A DNA stretch of 64,000 nt from a virus. The position numbers were made by a program, and so were the translations under genes. Numbering within the stretch: the stretch's first letter is position 1; the number at the start of each line of letters is the position of its first letter. Below are positions 55,842-64,000 of this stretch, piece after piece. Location: positions 27,959-91,958 of the IMG/VR virus record IMGVR_UViG_3300032235_000776. One strand, 5' to 3'. The notes under the pieces were generated by a model that had not been told where the DNA came from, made no database searches, and saw only the letters and a list, made by a program, of their open reading frames with translations.

Positions 55842-56875
55842 AGAAATCCCATTTTAGAAGGAGCAGATGCAAAGCCTTCTTCTTCAAAGTTATAAATATC
55901 ACCAATTGTCATAGGCCCTGTTATATTAACTTTTAAACCTTGTTTATCAGCTAATTCTTGAGCTTCTTCTTTAGATAGTTTATCAAAGTAATGTTTATAC
56001 TTTAATCTACCCTTTCTAAGTAATGCCGGATCAATTAACTTATCATCAGCATTATAAGTAGCTACTACAGATATCTTAAGAATATCACCAAGTAAACCAT
56101 CTGTGATATTTAATACAGTTGATACCATTCCAGTACTGCCGGTACCTCTAACTTTTAGGCAATCTTCAGCATCCTCAATAATAAGTACTGAGTTACTGTG
56201 TTCACTCAAAAAGTTTATGAATGCCGGATTATCCAAACTATTTACCATGGTATTTGGGATATAAATAAACTGTCTATTAATAGTATTTGCTAAGTGATTT
56301 ACAAAAGAAGTCTTACCAGTACCTGGAAGGCCAGAAAATAAATATAAACCTTTAGAGTAATTAGTGAGGTCATCCTTAATTTTAGGAATATCTTCTCTAA
56401 ACTTTTTACAATAGTTATAACTAATATCCTGTTCTACAATTCCGGAATCCTGATAAATTAATTTAAATTCATGTTGATCCTGAGCAAGAATAGCAACACC
56501 ATAGTCATTACTAACTATATTTTCTCCTATAGATTTATAAAATTCATTTACTTTAGACTCCGGATAATCCTCAGGATAATAATAAGAAACTCTATATAAT
56601 AATTGCTTTACTCCTTTAGTCATTCTAGAGTCCTGATAATTAATATCTAAGAATCCTCTATCAAGATATAACAACATGTAACTTAAATTACCCTTAGCAT
56701 TATAATTTTTTTCCATTGTAATACCTGCAAGCTCTTTAATTTGTTCTTCAGTTACTACTTTATTAAAGTGTAATTTTGTTATAGTCCCACAATTAAAATT
56801 AGTTTGAATATATTTGGAAGGATTAAAATGTCCTTCTACTTCATATTTTGACCAATCAAATAAATCTTCTCTCAT
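55838..56875 (-). CDS. AAA+ ATPase
   Basis: Walker A GLPGTGKT, Walker B LIIEDAE, SRH DPALLRKGRL. Confidence 0.88.
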   Translation of the reverse strand: MREDLFDWSKYEVEGHFNPSKYIQTNFNCGTITKLHFNKVVTEEQIKELAGITMEKNYNAKGNLSYMLLYLDRGFLDINYQDSRMTKGVKQLLYRVSYYYPEDYPESKVNEFYKSIGENIVSNDYGVAILAQDQHEFKLIYQDSGIVEQDISYNYCKKFREDIPKIKDDLTNYSKGLYLFSGLPGTGKTSFVNHLANTINRQFIYIPNTMVNSLDNPAFINFLSEHSNSVLIIEDAEDCLKVRGTGSTGMVSTVLNITDGLLGDILKISVVATYNADDKLIDPALLRKGRLKYKHYFDKLSKEEAQELADKQGLKVNITGPMTIGDIYNFEEEGFASAPSKMGFL

Positions 56876-57069
56876 AAGTATTCTTTTAAATTTTTAAAAT
56901 CCTGTTTAATAATTTCGTCATGACTTATCTTGACATTTACAATGTTGTCATGACTATCTGTAAAGAAAAAGATAACATGGTCTCCTCTTCTATTTCTTCC
57001 TCTATAATGAGGATCTCTTTCTAACATATGAGTTAGACTATCAATTAATTCCCCGATCATGTATTTCAA
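56872..57069 (-). CDS. Hypothetical protein
   Basis: 65-aa ORF with ATGA coupling downstream. Confidence 0.5.
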   Translation of the reverse strand: MKYMIGELIDSLTHMLERDPHYRGRNRRGDHVIFFFTDSHDNIVNVKISHDEIIKQDFKNLKEYL

Positions 57070-57286
57070 TTGTTATTTCTTCTGTGTTGTAAGTTAAATC
57101 ATATGTATTAGATCTATTGTCATGAATCCATCCAAAGTTTTTAAATCGGAAAATTATTAATTCTTCTTGTCCTTTCCAACAATGAATGGCATTTGTAGCA
57201 TAATCAAGGTGTAAACCAATAAGTTTTCCTTCCTCAAATATAGTCTTAAATTCTTTAAGTTCCTCTTTATTAATTATTATTTTCAT
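57041..57286 (-). CDS. Hypothetical protein
   Basis: 81-aa ORF in a tightly packed operon. Confidence 0.5.
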   Translation of the reverse strand: MKIIINKEELKEFKTIFEEGKLIGLHLDYATNAIHCWKGQEELIIFRFKNFGWIHDNRSNTYDLTYNTEEITIEIHDRGIN

Positions 57287-57899
57287 CTACTTTCTTTATG
57301 TCGTAATAATAAGAATTACCATCTTCTGTAACCCATCTATCTGATTTATTTTCAACAGATATTATCTCTGTATCAACTTTAAATTGTTTAAGATTTTCAG
57401 GAAGAGGCTTAGTAATCCAATTGCTATCTCTCCAGAAAATTCTATTATTTGGTTGACAAAGTAAATACCCGTCATCAGATTCAAATATATGCCCACATTT
57501 ATAATCAGAAGGCTCATCACTATATGAATTGCTATACCAATCTACAGTAAACATATATGTTCCCCATACTTTGGTACCATCTCTTAAAACAATTTCAGCC
57601 CTATGAAACCCAAGAAAATCATATTCTATTACAGATACATTTTCACTGAAGCAATCCCAAAGCTGTTTAAAGTTAAAAGGAATATCTTCAGTAGGAATAT
57701 GAGTATAAATTTCAGAAATTGGTACTCTACTACGAAGCATCCCGGTATCAGTCATGACATGAAAAGATAAAATTTGACCTGCACAAGATTGTAAACCAAA
57801 TACATATACAGGATAATAATCTGTGTCTGCAGGGTCTTTAGTAAAATAAGACTTTTTAACAAAACCTTTAAACGACGGTATGTTTGAATTTAGTTTCAT
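57270..57899 (-). CDS. Conserved phage protein of unknown function
   Basis: 209 aa; LNSNIP, QLWDCFS, YMFTVDW and CQPNNRI motifs recur in aquatic phage proteins. Confidence 0.6.
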   Translation of the reverse strand: MKLNSNIPSFKGFVKKSYFTKDPADTDYYPVYVFGLQSCAGQILSFHVMTDTGMLRSRVPISEIYTHIPTEDIPFNFKQLWDCFSENVSVIEYDFLGFHRAEIVLRDGTKVWGTYMFTVDWYSNSYSDEPSDYKCGHIFESDDGYLLCQPNNRIFWRDSNWITKPLPENLKQFKVDTEIISVENKSDRWVTEDGNSYYYDIKKVDENNN

Positions 57900-59101
57900 T
57901 AATTGCTTAAGGGTGCTTTAATTGTTGGGTGTGATTTATAATTTTCTATTTGAAAATCTGTTGGGTCCAAATGACCAAACAAACTAACATCAAATCCATT
58001 CCAAAAATCGTCCGTCTTTGATAATTTTAGTTTTGGTAATTCAAAAGGTTCTCTTGAATGGTATGGTATTTTGTTTGCTTCATAATACTCACTCAATCCA
58101 CCACCGAAAGGAACTTGTTCGTCAACTGCTGTTTGATAGAAATCACCCATGGCAGTTTTTAACAATTCATGTCTTTCTTCTGGTGTGTATAGTCTACCAA
58201 TCTGTTCTTTCGCTTGCTCAATGTGGTTTGAATATAAATGAGTATCCCCTAAATTACCTATCAATTCATCAGGAACCATATTAACTGCTTTAGCAATGAT
58301 TTCTAATAGCAAACCATAAGAAGCAATGTTGAATGGTAAACCTAAGAATGTATCTACTGAACGTTGATTCCACATTAATGAGATTGCTCTTGTTGGTATT
58401 CCTCTATTGTCAAAATCTTCTTTAGTATAACACTCTGGTGTACATCTATCTTTAAATCTTTTAAAATGTTCATTATATCTTTCATCATGACTCAACTCTC
58501 TTGTATAAACTTGGAAACCATAATGACACGGTGGAAGAACCATTTGGTCTAATTCTCCTACATTCCAAGCATTAACCATTAATCGTCTTGAGTCTGGATT
58601 TGTTTTAAGGTCGTTGATTAGGTTTGCGATTTGGTCTATCTGATTTATTTGATATGGTTCAGGTCTTGGGAATGAGGTCGGGTATATGTTAGTCCATCTT
58701 CTCCATTGCTTACCATAAATAGGACCCAGTTCACCATAGACAGAAGAAAAATCAGAATCTCTTTTAATTTTTTCAATAAACTCTTCAATAATTAAAGGAT
58801 TATTGCCGGCCCATTTTAAATAATTCTTATAAGCATCTCCATTCCAAATGTTACAGCCATTATCTAAAAGATATTTAATATTGGTATCTCCTTTAAGAAA
58901 CCAAACTAACTCAGTAGTAATAGAAGGCCAGTGTAATTTTTTGGTTGTTAACATCGGAAAACCATCTTTCATACTATGACGAATCTGCCTTCCAAATACA
59001 GATAATGTACCGGTACCAGTTCTATCTTTTTTCTTTACTCCATTATCTAATAAATCCTGAAGTAAATTCTGATATTGTTTATCCAGGTTGTTCATTTTCA
59101 A
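57899..59101 (-). CDS. thyA: Thymidylate synthase with two insertions
   Basis: DRTGTGT, ELGPIYGKQWR, PDSRR, LPPCH, QRSVD, GLPFNIASY and GDTHLY motifs. Confidence 0.95.
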   Translation of the reverse strand: MKMNNLDKQYQNLLQDLLDNGVKKKDRTGTGTLSVFGRQIRHSMKDGFPMLTTKKLHWPSITTELVWFLKGDTNIKYLLDNGCNIWNGDAYKNYLKWAGNNPLIIEEFIEKIKRDSDFSSVYGELGPIYGKQWRRWTNIYPTSFPRPEPYQINQIDQIANLINDLKTNPDSRRLMVNAWNVGELDQMVLPPCHYGFQVYTRELSHDERYNEHFKRFKDRCTPECYTKEDFDNRGIPTRAISLMWNQRSVDTFLGLPFNIASYGLLLEIIAKAVNMVPDELIGNLGDTHLYSNHIEQAKEQIGRLYTPEERHELLKTAMGDFYQTAVDEQVPFGGGLSEYYEANKIPYHSREPFELPKLKLSKTDDFWNGFDVSLFGHLDPTDFQIENYKSHPTIKAPLSN

Positions 59102-59408
59102 ATTTTTCTTTAAGTTTTAAATACGTATCATATTGCATTTTTAAGACTCTTTTTTTTGAATCTTCAATATCTTGCAATCTTTTTTGAAATTCTTGATCTG
59201 TTTCTTTAACCCATCTTACTACAGAAATAATATAACCATTTTCATTACCATTTTCATCAGCATCCTCATACATAGCTATAATATCATCATCTTGAAGATC
59301 AAGGTGCTTAATATCTTTCCAAGTAGGAGGCTCATCAGTTACTGTCCAAAAAATTTCTTTTTCGTATTTTGTTTTTTCTTTGCTTTGTGGTTCTAAATAT
59401 CTTTTCAT
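59079..59408 (-). CDS. Hypothetical protein
   Basis: 109 aa; ETDQEFQKR...YLKLKEKFE coiled-coil C-terminus. Confidence 0.55.
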   Translation of the reverse strand: MKRYLEPQSKEKTKYEKEIFWTVTDEPPTWKDIKHLDLQDDDIIAMYEDADENGNENGYIISVVRWVKETDQEFQKRLQDIEDSKKRVLKMQYDTYLKLKEKFENEQPG

Positions 59409-59740
59409 TTTTCTTCTCTATTATCACCATCACCATGTAAAGTTCCGGTAGCTCTTCGGGCCATAAGTTTATTGTAGTTAGTTTCCATAACTTCTTCAAG
59501 AGTAAAACCCAATTGTCCAGATAATGCAGTAATATACCAGAGTACATCTCCGATTTCTTTTTTAACTGCTTCTTTAAATTCTTCGGTTACTACTCCATTT
59601 TGATCTCTGAATAACTTTTTAACCTTCTCAGCTACTTCACCAGATTCACCGCAAAGACCTAATGTACAATACATTAGGCCTATCTCATCAGAAAATACTG
59701 CGGTCTTTTTAATTATTTCCTGATATTCTTGTAAATTCAT
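59405..59740 (-). CDS. MazG-like nucleoside triphosphate pyrophosphohydrolase
   Basis: LGLCGESGEVAEKVKK...KKEIGDVLWY signature. Confidence 0.88.
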   Translation of the reverse strand: MNLQEYQEIIKKTAVFSDEIGLMYCTLGLCGESGEVAEKVKKLFRDQNGVVTEEFKEAVKKEIGDVLWYITALSGQLGFTLEEVMETNYNKLMARRATGTLHGDGDNREEK

Positions 59741-60057
59741 TGATTTAATCTATCTTGAATAGATGCATGTAACAAAGCTATATAAGTACCCAAGTCCCCA
59801 AGCTTTTCATCAAGCATAGCCTGAGTAGGCAACTTACCTTTGTTAACATCATCTATAATATCCATGGTGCTTACAAGATGTTTTAGAGCAAAACCAAATA
59901 AGGCTTTTTCTCTACACTCTCCTGTAATACCGGATGCTCTGTTAAAATTGTGCAACCTATCTGCGTCACTGGCATACTCTTTAGCCTTAGCTAAAAGGTT
60001 AGAGTTTATTTGACCAATGTGTTTCTCAATTGCTTCTTTAAATTTCTCTGTGTTCAT
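59737..60057 (-). CDS. All-alpha NTP-PPase-like / DUF1599 (Nmad1)-like protein
   Basis: KAKEYASDADRLHNF...KHLVS...EKLGDLGTY. Start reassigned to ATG 60057, which gives an ATGA overlap with the upstream stop. Confidence 0.55.
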   Translation of the reverse strand: MNTEKFKEAIEKHIGQINSNLLAKAKEYASDADRLHNFNRASGITGECREKALFGFALKHLVSTMDIIDDVNKGKLPTQAMLDEKLGDLGTYIALLHASIQDRLNQ

Positions 60058-60467
60058 TGTACTAACTCTCTTCCTGCTAATGAATAATAAAGGTTCTGTA
60101 TTTGATGTACATACTTTGCTTTTGCACCTGTACAAAATGCACAATCCCCATTATCAAGTCCTTTAGCACTATCTGAAATACAAACAGTTAAATCATCCAT
60201 ATATATGCATAGAAGACCTAAATTCTTATCTTCCAATACTGCTCTATTATGGTTAGGATCATAAGTAAAACCAAGTTTCTCCAGTCTTTTAGGAGTCACT
60301 GGAATTGGTTTAATATCCGTGTACATAGCATGGATCTCTAAAGTTTCTCCATTTATAGTGGTCTCTAAAAAGATTTTCTTTTTATCTAAACCTATTACTT
60401 TGGCTTTTTTATCTCCACCATGAGATAAAATAACCCTATTGTTAATTTTAAAATCGTTATTTTTCAT
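60054..60467 (-). CDS. Conserved Bacteroidota-phage hypothetical protein
   Basis: IKPIPVT...LEKLGF and KYVHQIQNLYYSL motifs. Confidence 0.6.
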   Translation of the reverse strand: MKNNDFKINNRVILSHGGDKKAKVIGLDKKKIFLETTINGETLEIHAMYTDIKPIPVTPKRLEKLGFTYDPNHNRAVLEDKNLGLLCIYMDDLTVCISDSAKGLDNGDCAFCTGAKAKYVHQIQNLYYSLAGRELVQ

Positions 60468-60639
60468 TCATTTTTACGTATCTATTTGGTTTAAGTTTGT
60501 TAATCGATGTGTCTATGTTAAAATATTGATCATAAACACTGAGTAACTGTCTATCCCTTTCATATGAAGGGTTAGTATGATCAAAAGCTCTGTCTTCTAA
60601 AAGCTTTCTAAAATTCATTATTTTTTCTTCTAATTTCAT
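60457..60639 (-). CDS. Hypothetical protein
   Basis: 60-aa ORF directly behind a promoter-like box. Confidence 0.5.
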   Translation of the reverse strand: MKLEEKIMNFRKLLEDRAFDHTNPSYERDRQLLSVYDQYFNIDTSINKLKPNRYVKMNEK

Positions 60640-60640
60640 A

Positions 60641-60651
60641 TTGCAAATCTA
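60641..60651 (-). promoter_or_regulatory. Bacteroidota -7 promoter element TAGATTTG(CAA)
   Basis: Minus strand reads TAGATTTGCAA just upstream of ATG 60639; no clear -33 box. Confidence 0.55.
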
Positions 60652-60653
60652 AT

Positions 60654-60709
60654 AAAAAATCCCCAGGTTATGTCACAATTATACAATATAATTGTGACAT
60701 TCTGAGGAT
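60654..60709 (-). terminator. Long hairpin terminator containing a perfect 14-bp inverted repeat
   Basis: Minus strand: ATCCTCAG-a-ATGTCACAATTATA-ttg-TATAATTGTGACAT-aac-CTGGGGAT-TTTTT. Confidence 0.7.
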
Positions 60710-60713
60710 GGGA

Positions 60714-60929
60714 TTACTTCACGTAATTAACTCCTGCCATAGGAGTTTTAATTTGGTTTGAAGCTCTCATTTGAGCTAAAGCTCGATCTACAGTTCTAGT
60801 AGATAATTTGGTTTTTTCGGCAATACCTTTAATGTTAATAGATACTTTACCAGTCTTTCTAGAACTGTTTTTTGACATTACTTTGAAAATCTTAGTAATG
60901 TTGTCGGGTTTTACTTTTACGTTATTCAT
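60714..60929 (-). CDS. Small helix-turn-helix DNA-binding protein
   Basis: IKGIAEKTKLSTRTVDRALAQM (winged-HTH-like). Confidence 0.7.
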   Translation of the reverse strand: MNNVKVKPDNITKIFKVMSKNSSRKTGKVSINIKGIAEKTKLSTRTVDRALAQMRASNQIKTPMAGVNYVK

Positions 60930-61263
60930 TTGGTTTTGAAATTTCTGTGTGAAACATCATCTCTGCCCAAATAACAGTATCATTAATCAACTTATACATT
61001 CGATCATCTGATATGTCCTTTAGAGAGAGATTTACTTGTGTATATTCATCTTTTTCAGAATCATAGTGCCACTCAAAATAAAATTTGGGTTTTATAATTT
61101 CTTCTAAAACATACTCGGGTGAATATACAATATCCCCTTGTAAGTCATTAATTAGATTTGTAATTTCTTTGAGGACAACTCCTCTAAAATAGTTTAATTT
61201 ATTAATTGATTTGGGAATGTGAACCTTGGTTATGCTATTCCGATTTAAACTATTGATATCCAT
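60922..61263 (-). CDS. NinB/Orf-like recombination protein
   Basis: NYFRGVV...K.KF...SLKDIS...INDTVIWA...ISKP pattern. Confidence 0.5.
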   Translation of the reverse strand: MDINSLNRNSITKVHIPKSINKLNYFRGVVLKEITNLINDLQGDIVYSPEYVLEEIIKPKFYFEWHYDSEKDEYTQVNLSLKDISDDRMYKLINDTVIWAEMMFHTEISKPNE

Positions 61264-61535
61264 TACAACTCTAATTTTAATTGATCCGGTGAATCTTGGA
61301 TTTTAGTCTCCAGATACTCAATTGCTGCTTCTATTTCCATGTCAAGATTATCAACCATGACATTTACTTTATTGACTAAATTACCTTTCATGTAATTCCT
61401 TATTTCTTCACATGTCATGTTTCTAGAGTCATCCATAATCTTCTGGAAAAACTCTGTAAGTTCTTCCGGAGTTTTCTTTGGTCGACTCATAAAATCAATG
61501 ACGTATTTTCCTACTACAAATCTATTTCTGTTCAT
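61263..61535 (-). CDS. Hypothetical protein
   Basis: About 90 aa, ending QLKLEL. Confidence 0.55.
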   Translation of the reverse strand: MNRNRFVVGKYVIDFMSRPKKTPEELTEFFQKIMDDSRNMTCEEIRNYMKGNLVNKVNVMVDNLDMEIEAAIEYLETKIQDSPDQLKLEL

Positions 61536-61677
61536 CAAGTATATCTTTAATTTTGATAACTACTTTTAGTAATTCAACAGCAGTATGATGCTCTGAATCT
61601 TTAATTTGTCCAGTAGACTTTATTTTTTGCATTGAATCTCTCTGCAATTCATCTAGATATATTTCTAGTTTCTTCAT
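61522..61677 (-). CDS. Small hypothetical protein (51 aa), not in ORF track
   Basis: MKKLEIYLDELQRDSMQKIKSTGQIKDSEHHTAVELLKVVIKIKDILDEQK; ATGA overlap with the primase stop; fills the gap. Confidence 0.65.
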   Translation of the reverse strand: MKKLEIYLDELQRDSMQKIKSTGQIKDSEHHTAVELLKVVIKIKDILDEQK

Positions 61678-62639
61678 TCTGCGGTAATTTTAATTATTTC
61701 TTCGTTAACCCACTTTTCATATTCCTCTTTATTGGTTTTAATCCAATCAGATGCATCCTTAGGTTTATCAAGAGGATTGTATATGTTGGGAATATCAAAT
61801 GTAGAACTTATCTTAGCATTCATTTCCAATCCTGTAGTGTCATTATCCATATAGGATATTATATATTTGAATCTATTCTTTAACAAATTAAGTGCATTAG
61901 CACTAATTAGAGTAGTTTCACTTCTAACACCAACAGAAGGTATTCCCAAAGAATATAAGGCCATTACATCCTTTCTTGACTTTGTTATGATGCAATACTT
62001 TCCCTGCGATGGTAATTGGTTCCAGCCTTCTAATAAACCACCATAGTAATTATTCCTAAACTTTTCCCTTCTATGAGCAAAGGGCCGGTATATTTTGATT
62101 TTATCTTTTTCTTTATACCTGTAAGTAGGATTTCCTTTAGTGTCTATAGAAAATATGTTACCATTAATCCATGTGGTACAGCATTTCCTTACATCAAATA
62201 ACTCTAAAATTTCCTTTGAAATGTTATATTGAGCCCAATAGTCCAGATCACTCTGGTCAAAAGGGCAGAGCTTACATTGTATTAGAGAAGGAACAGGCTC
62301 TACAATACTATGTTTATACTCTACTATCTTTTGACTTGAGTGGGGACTTACAATTTTATAGAAAATTTCATCAAATAACTGTTCATCTCTTAAACCGGTT
62401 CTCAATCTTGCGATATCAATACAGTTGAAATAAACTTTACTTGTCGCATAATCATAAAATAACAATATACCATTTCTGGAATATTTAAAGAAACAATCTG
62501 CATTTTTATCTGGTCTAAATGGATTTTTATATTTTTTACCAATCTTCACGTACTCACCAAAGTAGTGAGCCATAATCTCATCTTGATGCTTGAAAGCATC
62601 TTCGATAGTTACCTTTTGGTAAATAGCATTTAAATCCAT
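61674..62639 (-). CDS. DnaG-type primase (crAss-like)
   Basis: NPFRPDKNADC N-terminal domain; DLDYWAQY; TOPRIM-like IITKSRKDVMAL...SE...YMDNDTTG. Confidence 0.8.
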   Translation of the reverse strand: MDLNAIYQKVTIEDAFKHQDEIMAHYFGEYVKIGKKYKNPFRPDKNADCFFKYSRNGILLFYDYATSKVYFNCIDIARLRTGLRDEQLFDEIFYKIVSPHSSQKIVEYKHSIVEPVPSLIQCKLCPFDQSDLDYWAQYNISKEILELFDVRKCCTTWINGNIFSIDTKGNPTYRYKEKDKIKIYRPFAHRREKFRNNYYGGLLEGWNQLPSQGKYCIITKSRKDVMALYSLGIPSVGVRSETTLISANALNLLKNRFKYIISYMDNDTTGLEMNAKISSTFDIPNIYNPLDKPKDASDWIKTNKEEYEKWVNEEIIKITAE

Positions 62640-62645
62640 AGAGCA

Positions 62646-63449
62646 TTACCAAGGTAAATCGTCAGATCCTGATGCGGTTGCAGTTGCTTCTTCTTCAATC
62701 CCTGCAGGGGCAGCTTCTTGAATGTATTCTCTAAAGGAAAGGTCATTACCCCATTCACCTTTATATGGATAATCTGGATTGGTTGCTTTCTTAACTAAGT
62801 ACTGCTCTGACTTAGATGTAAAGATAGCTGGTAAGAACATACCTGTCCATGCATCTTGATACTTACCATCTTTAACACCTAATAGCATATGAAATACTCT
62901 TTCTTTCTCAATTGCTGCATCCAATACATCTTTCAATTCCTTGATAGATCCCATTGCAATCTTTTGAAAACTTTCAAATTGAGGAAATGGCTTGCTTAGG
63001 GCTGCGTTAAACAAAGCAATTAGAAACTCATATAATGTAGCTTCACCTTTCTTTGCAATTCTTAAGCCATCCATTTTCATCTTTTGCCATTCTGCAGTTG
63101 CTGCCTCATTCTTAGCTTTTACAGCATCAACATTTGCAAAATAACCAGTTTTACCAAATGCATTGATATACTGGAAATTACCTGATTGCTTACTAACTAC
63201 ATCTTCATTTGAGATAAAGATTGAAAACTTAAAGAATTTATTGATTGAATCCTCACGGCACCAGAAATCCAATCTGTAGTTATCACCATTCTCATAGGTG
63301 ATATCTCTTTCAATCTCAGTACCTAAAATCTTACCAAGTTGTTCCTTGGTTGGATTTACAGCTACTGGAGTTAATTTTGCTAAACCTTGATACAATTTTC
63401 TTGAGCTACCAGAGCTCACTACGCTTTCTTCGATTTGATCTAATTTCAT
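62646..63449 (-). CDS. Putative single-stranded DNA-binding protein
   Basis: Acidic tail ending DDLPW; located between Sak4-like ATPase and primase. Confidence 0.6.
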   Translation of the reverse strand: MKLDQIEESVVSSGSSRKLYQGLAKLTPVAVNPTKEQLGKILGTEIERDITYENGDNYRLDFWCREDSINKFFKFSIFISNEDVVSKQSGNFQYINAFGKTGYFANVDAVKAKNEAATAEWQKMKMDGLRIAKKGEATLYEFLIALFNAALSKPFPQFESFQKIAMGSIKELKDVLDAAIEKERVFHMLLGVKDGKYQDAWTGMFLPAIFTSKSEQYLVKKATNPDYPYKGEWGNDLSFREYIQEAAPAGIEEEATATASGSDDLPW

Positions 63450-64000
63450 TTTACTTTTAAGTTATTATATACATTTTCCCAATACGTCTCTATTACATCT
63501 CCTACTTTATCAGAGATTAATATTTTACCAGTCAGGTGTGGGGCCCTAGAACCGGCAATTAATGAATCGTTGTCGTTTTCAAAGGAAAGATATCTCTTAT
63601 CTCCTTCTGCGATCAACTTACTGATTGTGCTTACTCTTGCAGCAAGCATGTTTTTGATTTTACCTGTTAGGTTCATCTCGCTTCCAATGATAGTTTCCTG
63701 AGTCACTGTATCCTTGATAAACTTATCCTTAATATGGACAATCCATATTCTGTAAGGAACAAGATTCATAATCTCTTGGATTTGATTCATAAACCATTCT
63801 CTTGGAAATCTCCATCCGGTACCTTCGCCTAAAGTAGTTACACTTTTCCATTCTGGATGAGTATGAGTATACATAACTCCTTTTTCATCCCTATTAAACT
63901 TTTTACCTTGGGTAGTCTTCATGTAGAAATACGTGCCGGCAATGTCGGCCCATTCGTCTAAGACACTTAAATTATCAATTGCAAGATAATCTATTTGTCC
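63446..64000 (-). CDS. AAA_24/Sak4-like ATPase, 5'-truncated by the window
   Basis: Frame open to the window edge: GQIDYLAIDNLSVLDEWADIAGTYFYM (Walker B-like YLAIDN); GTGW, IVHIKDK, LTGKIK and GSRAPHL motifs. Confidence 0.65.
   Translation of the reverse strand, partial: GQIDYLAIDNLSVLDEWADIAGTYFYMKTTQGKKFNRDEKGVMYTHTHPEWKSVTTLGEGTGWRFPREWFMNQIQEIMNLVPYRIWIVHIKDKFIKDTVTQETIIGSEMNLTGKIKNMLAARVSTISKLIAEGDKRYLSFENDNDSLIAGSRAPHLTGKILISDKVGDVIETYWENVYNNLKVK

Noticed and set aside
57990-58685. Locally higher non-CCGG CpG density in the 3' half of thyA (possible mosaic)
   Set aside because: Only about 11 sites in 700 bp; too few to support without a formal test.
57899-59101. ThyA as a dCMP hydroxymethylase / base-modification enzyme
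   Set aside because: It retains Asn in PFNIASY and all canonical ThyA motifs.
60058-60144. N-terminal 29 aa of the track ORF 59737-60144
   Set aside because: Overlaps the upstream gene; ATG 60057 gives the usual ATGA coupling.
53523-62428. Short opposite-strand or out-of-frame ORFs (53523-53711, 54316-54549, 55481-55672, 58018-58284, 58945-59187, 59172-59396, 59335-59547, 61632-61883, 62171-62428)
   Set aside because: They overlap better-supported genes and have no recognisable features.
1-64000. Stop-codon reassignment (TAG=Gln or TGA=Trp) as in some crAss-like phages
   Set aside because: Genes up to 8.7 kb are open in the standard code. TGA serves as stop in many ATGA overlaps, and TAG ends ORFs at 53787 and 61522.
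1-64000. tRNA genes, CRISPR arrays, IS/transposases, integrase, DGR, introns or inteins
   Set aside because: Intergenic gaps are short and accounted for. No cloverleaf, spaced repeat array, RT, homing endonuclease or intein motif was seen by eye.

Overview
AT-rich (roughly 30% GC by eye) 64-kb slice of a crAss-like (Crassvirales-type) podophage, most likely infecting a Bacteroidota host. The host call rests on TAnnTTTG-type promoters, A-rich non-Shine-Dalgarno start contexts and a signal peptide followed by Gln. The + strand (1-54554) is the late/virion arm. It runs: C-terminus of the major capsid protein, Cys-rich structural/fibre proteins, a metallophosphoesterase, an IHF-like protein, ring and muzzle-type tail proteins, a ferritin, four putative internal cargo proteins, three giant ejected proteins (the middle one a virion RNA polymerase with a DFDID motif), a fibre module, a holin/GH73 endolysin/spanin-like cassette and a secreted Ig + beta-propeller protein. 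The - strand (54644-64000) is the replication/nucleotide arm: PD-(D/E)xK nuclease, AAA ATPase, thyA, two all-alpha NTP-pyrophosphatase-like genes, HTH, NinB-like, primase, SSB-like and a truncated Sak4/AAA_24-like ATPase. The arms meet at a bidirectional terminator. Standard genetic code; no tRNA, CRISPR or mobile element seen. Two observations stand out. (i) The cargo cassette (13488-20982) consists of proteins built as strings of modules delimited by about 14 [F/Y/H/M/K]xxGG-like motifs, with shared terminal tags and toxin-like payloads (permuted papain fold + peptidoglycan-binding domain; GNAT-like). (ii) The three giant ejected proteins have only four Cys in about 7,800 aa, all at adjoining termini, suggesting a head-to-tail linked chain. 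All family calls are by motif recognition, not database search.
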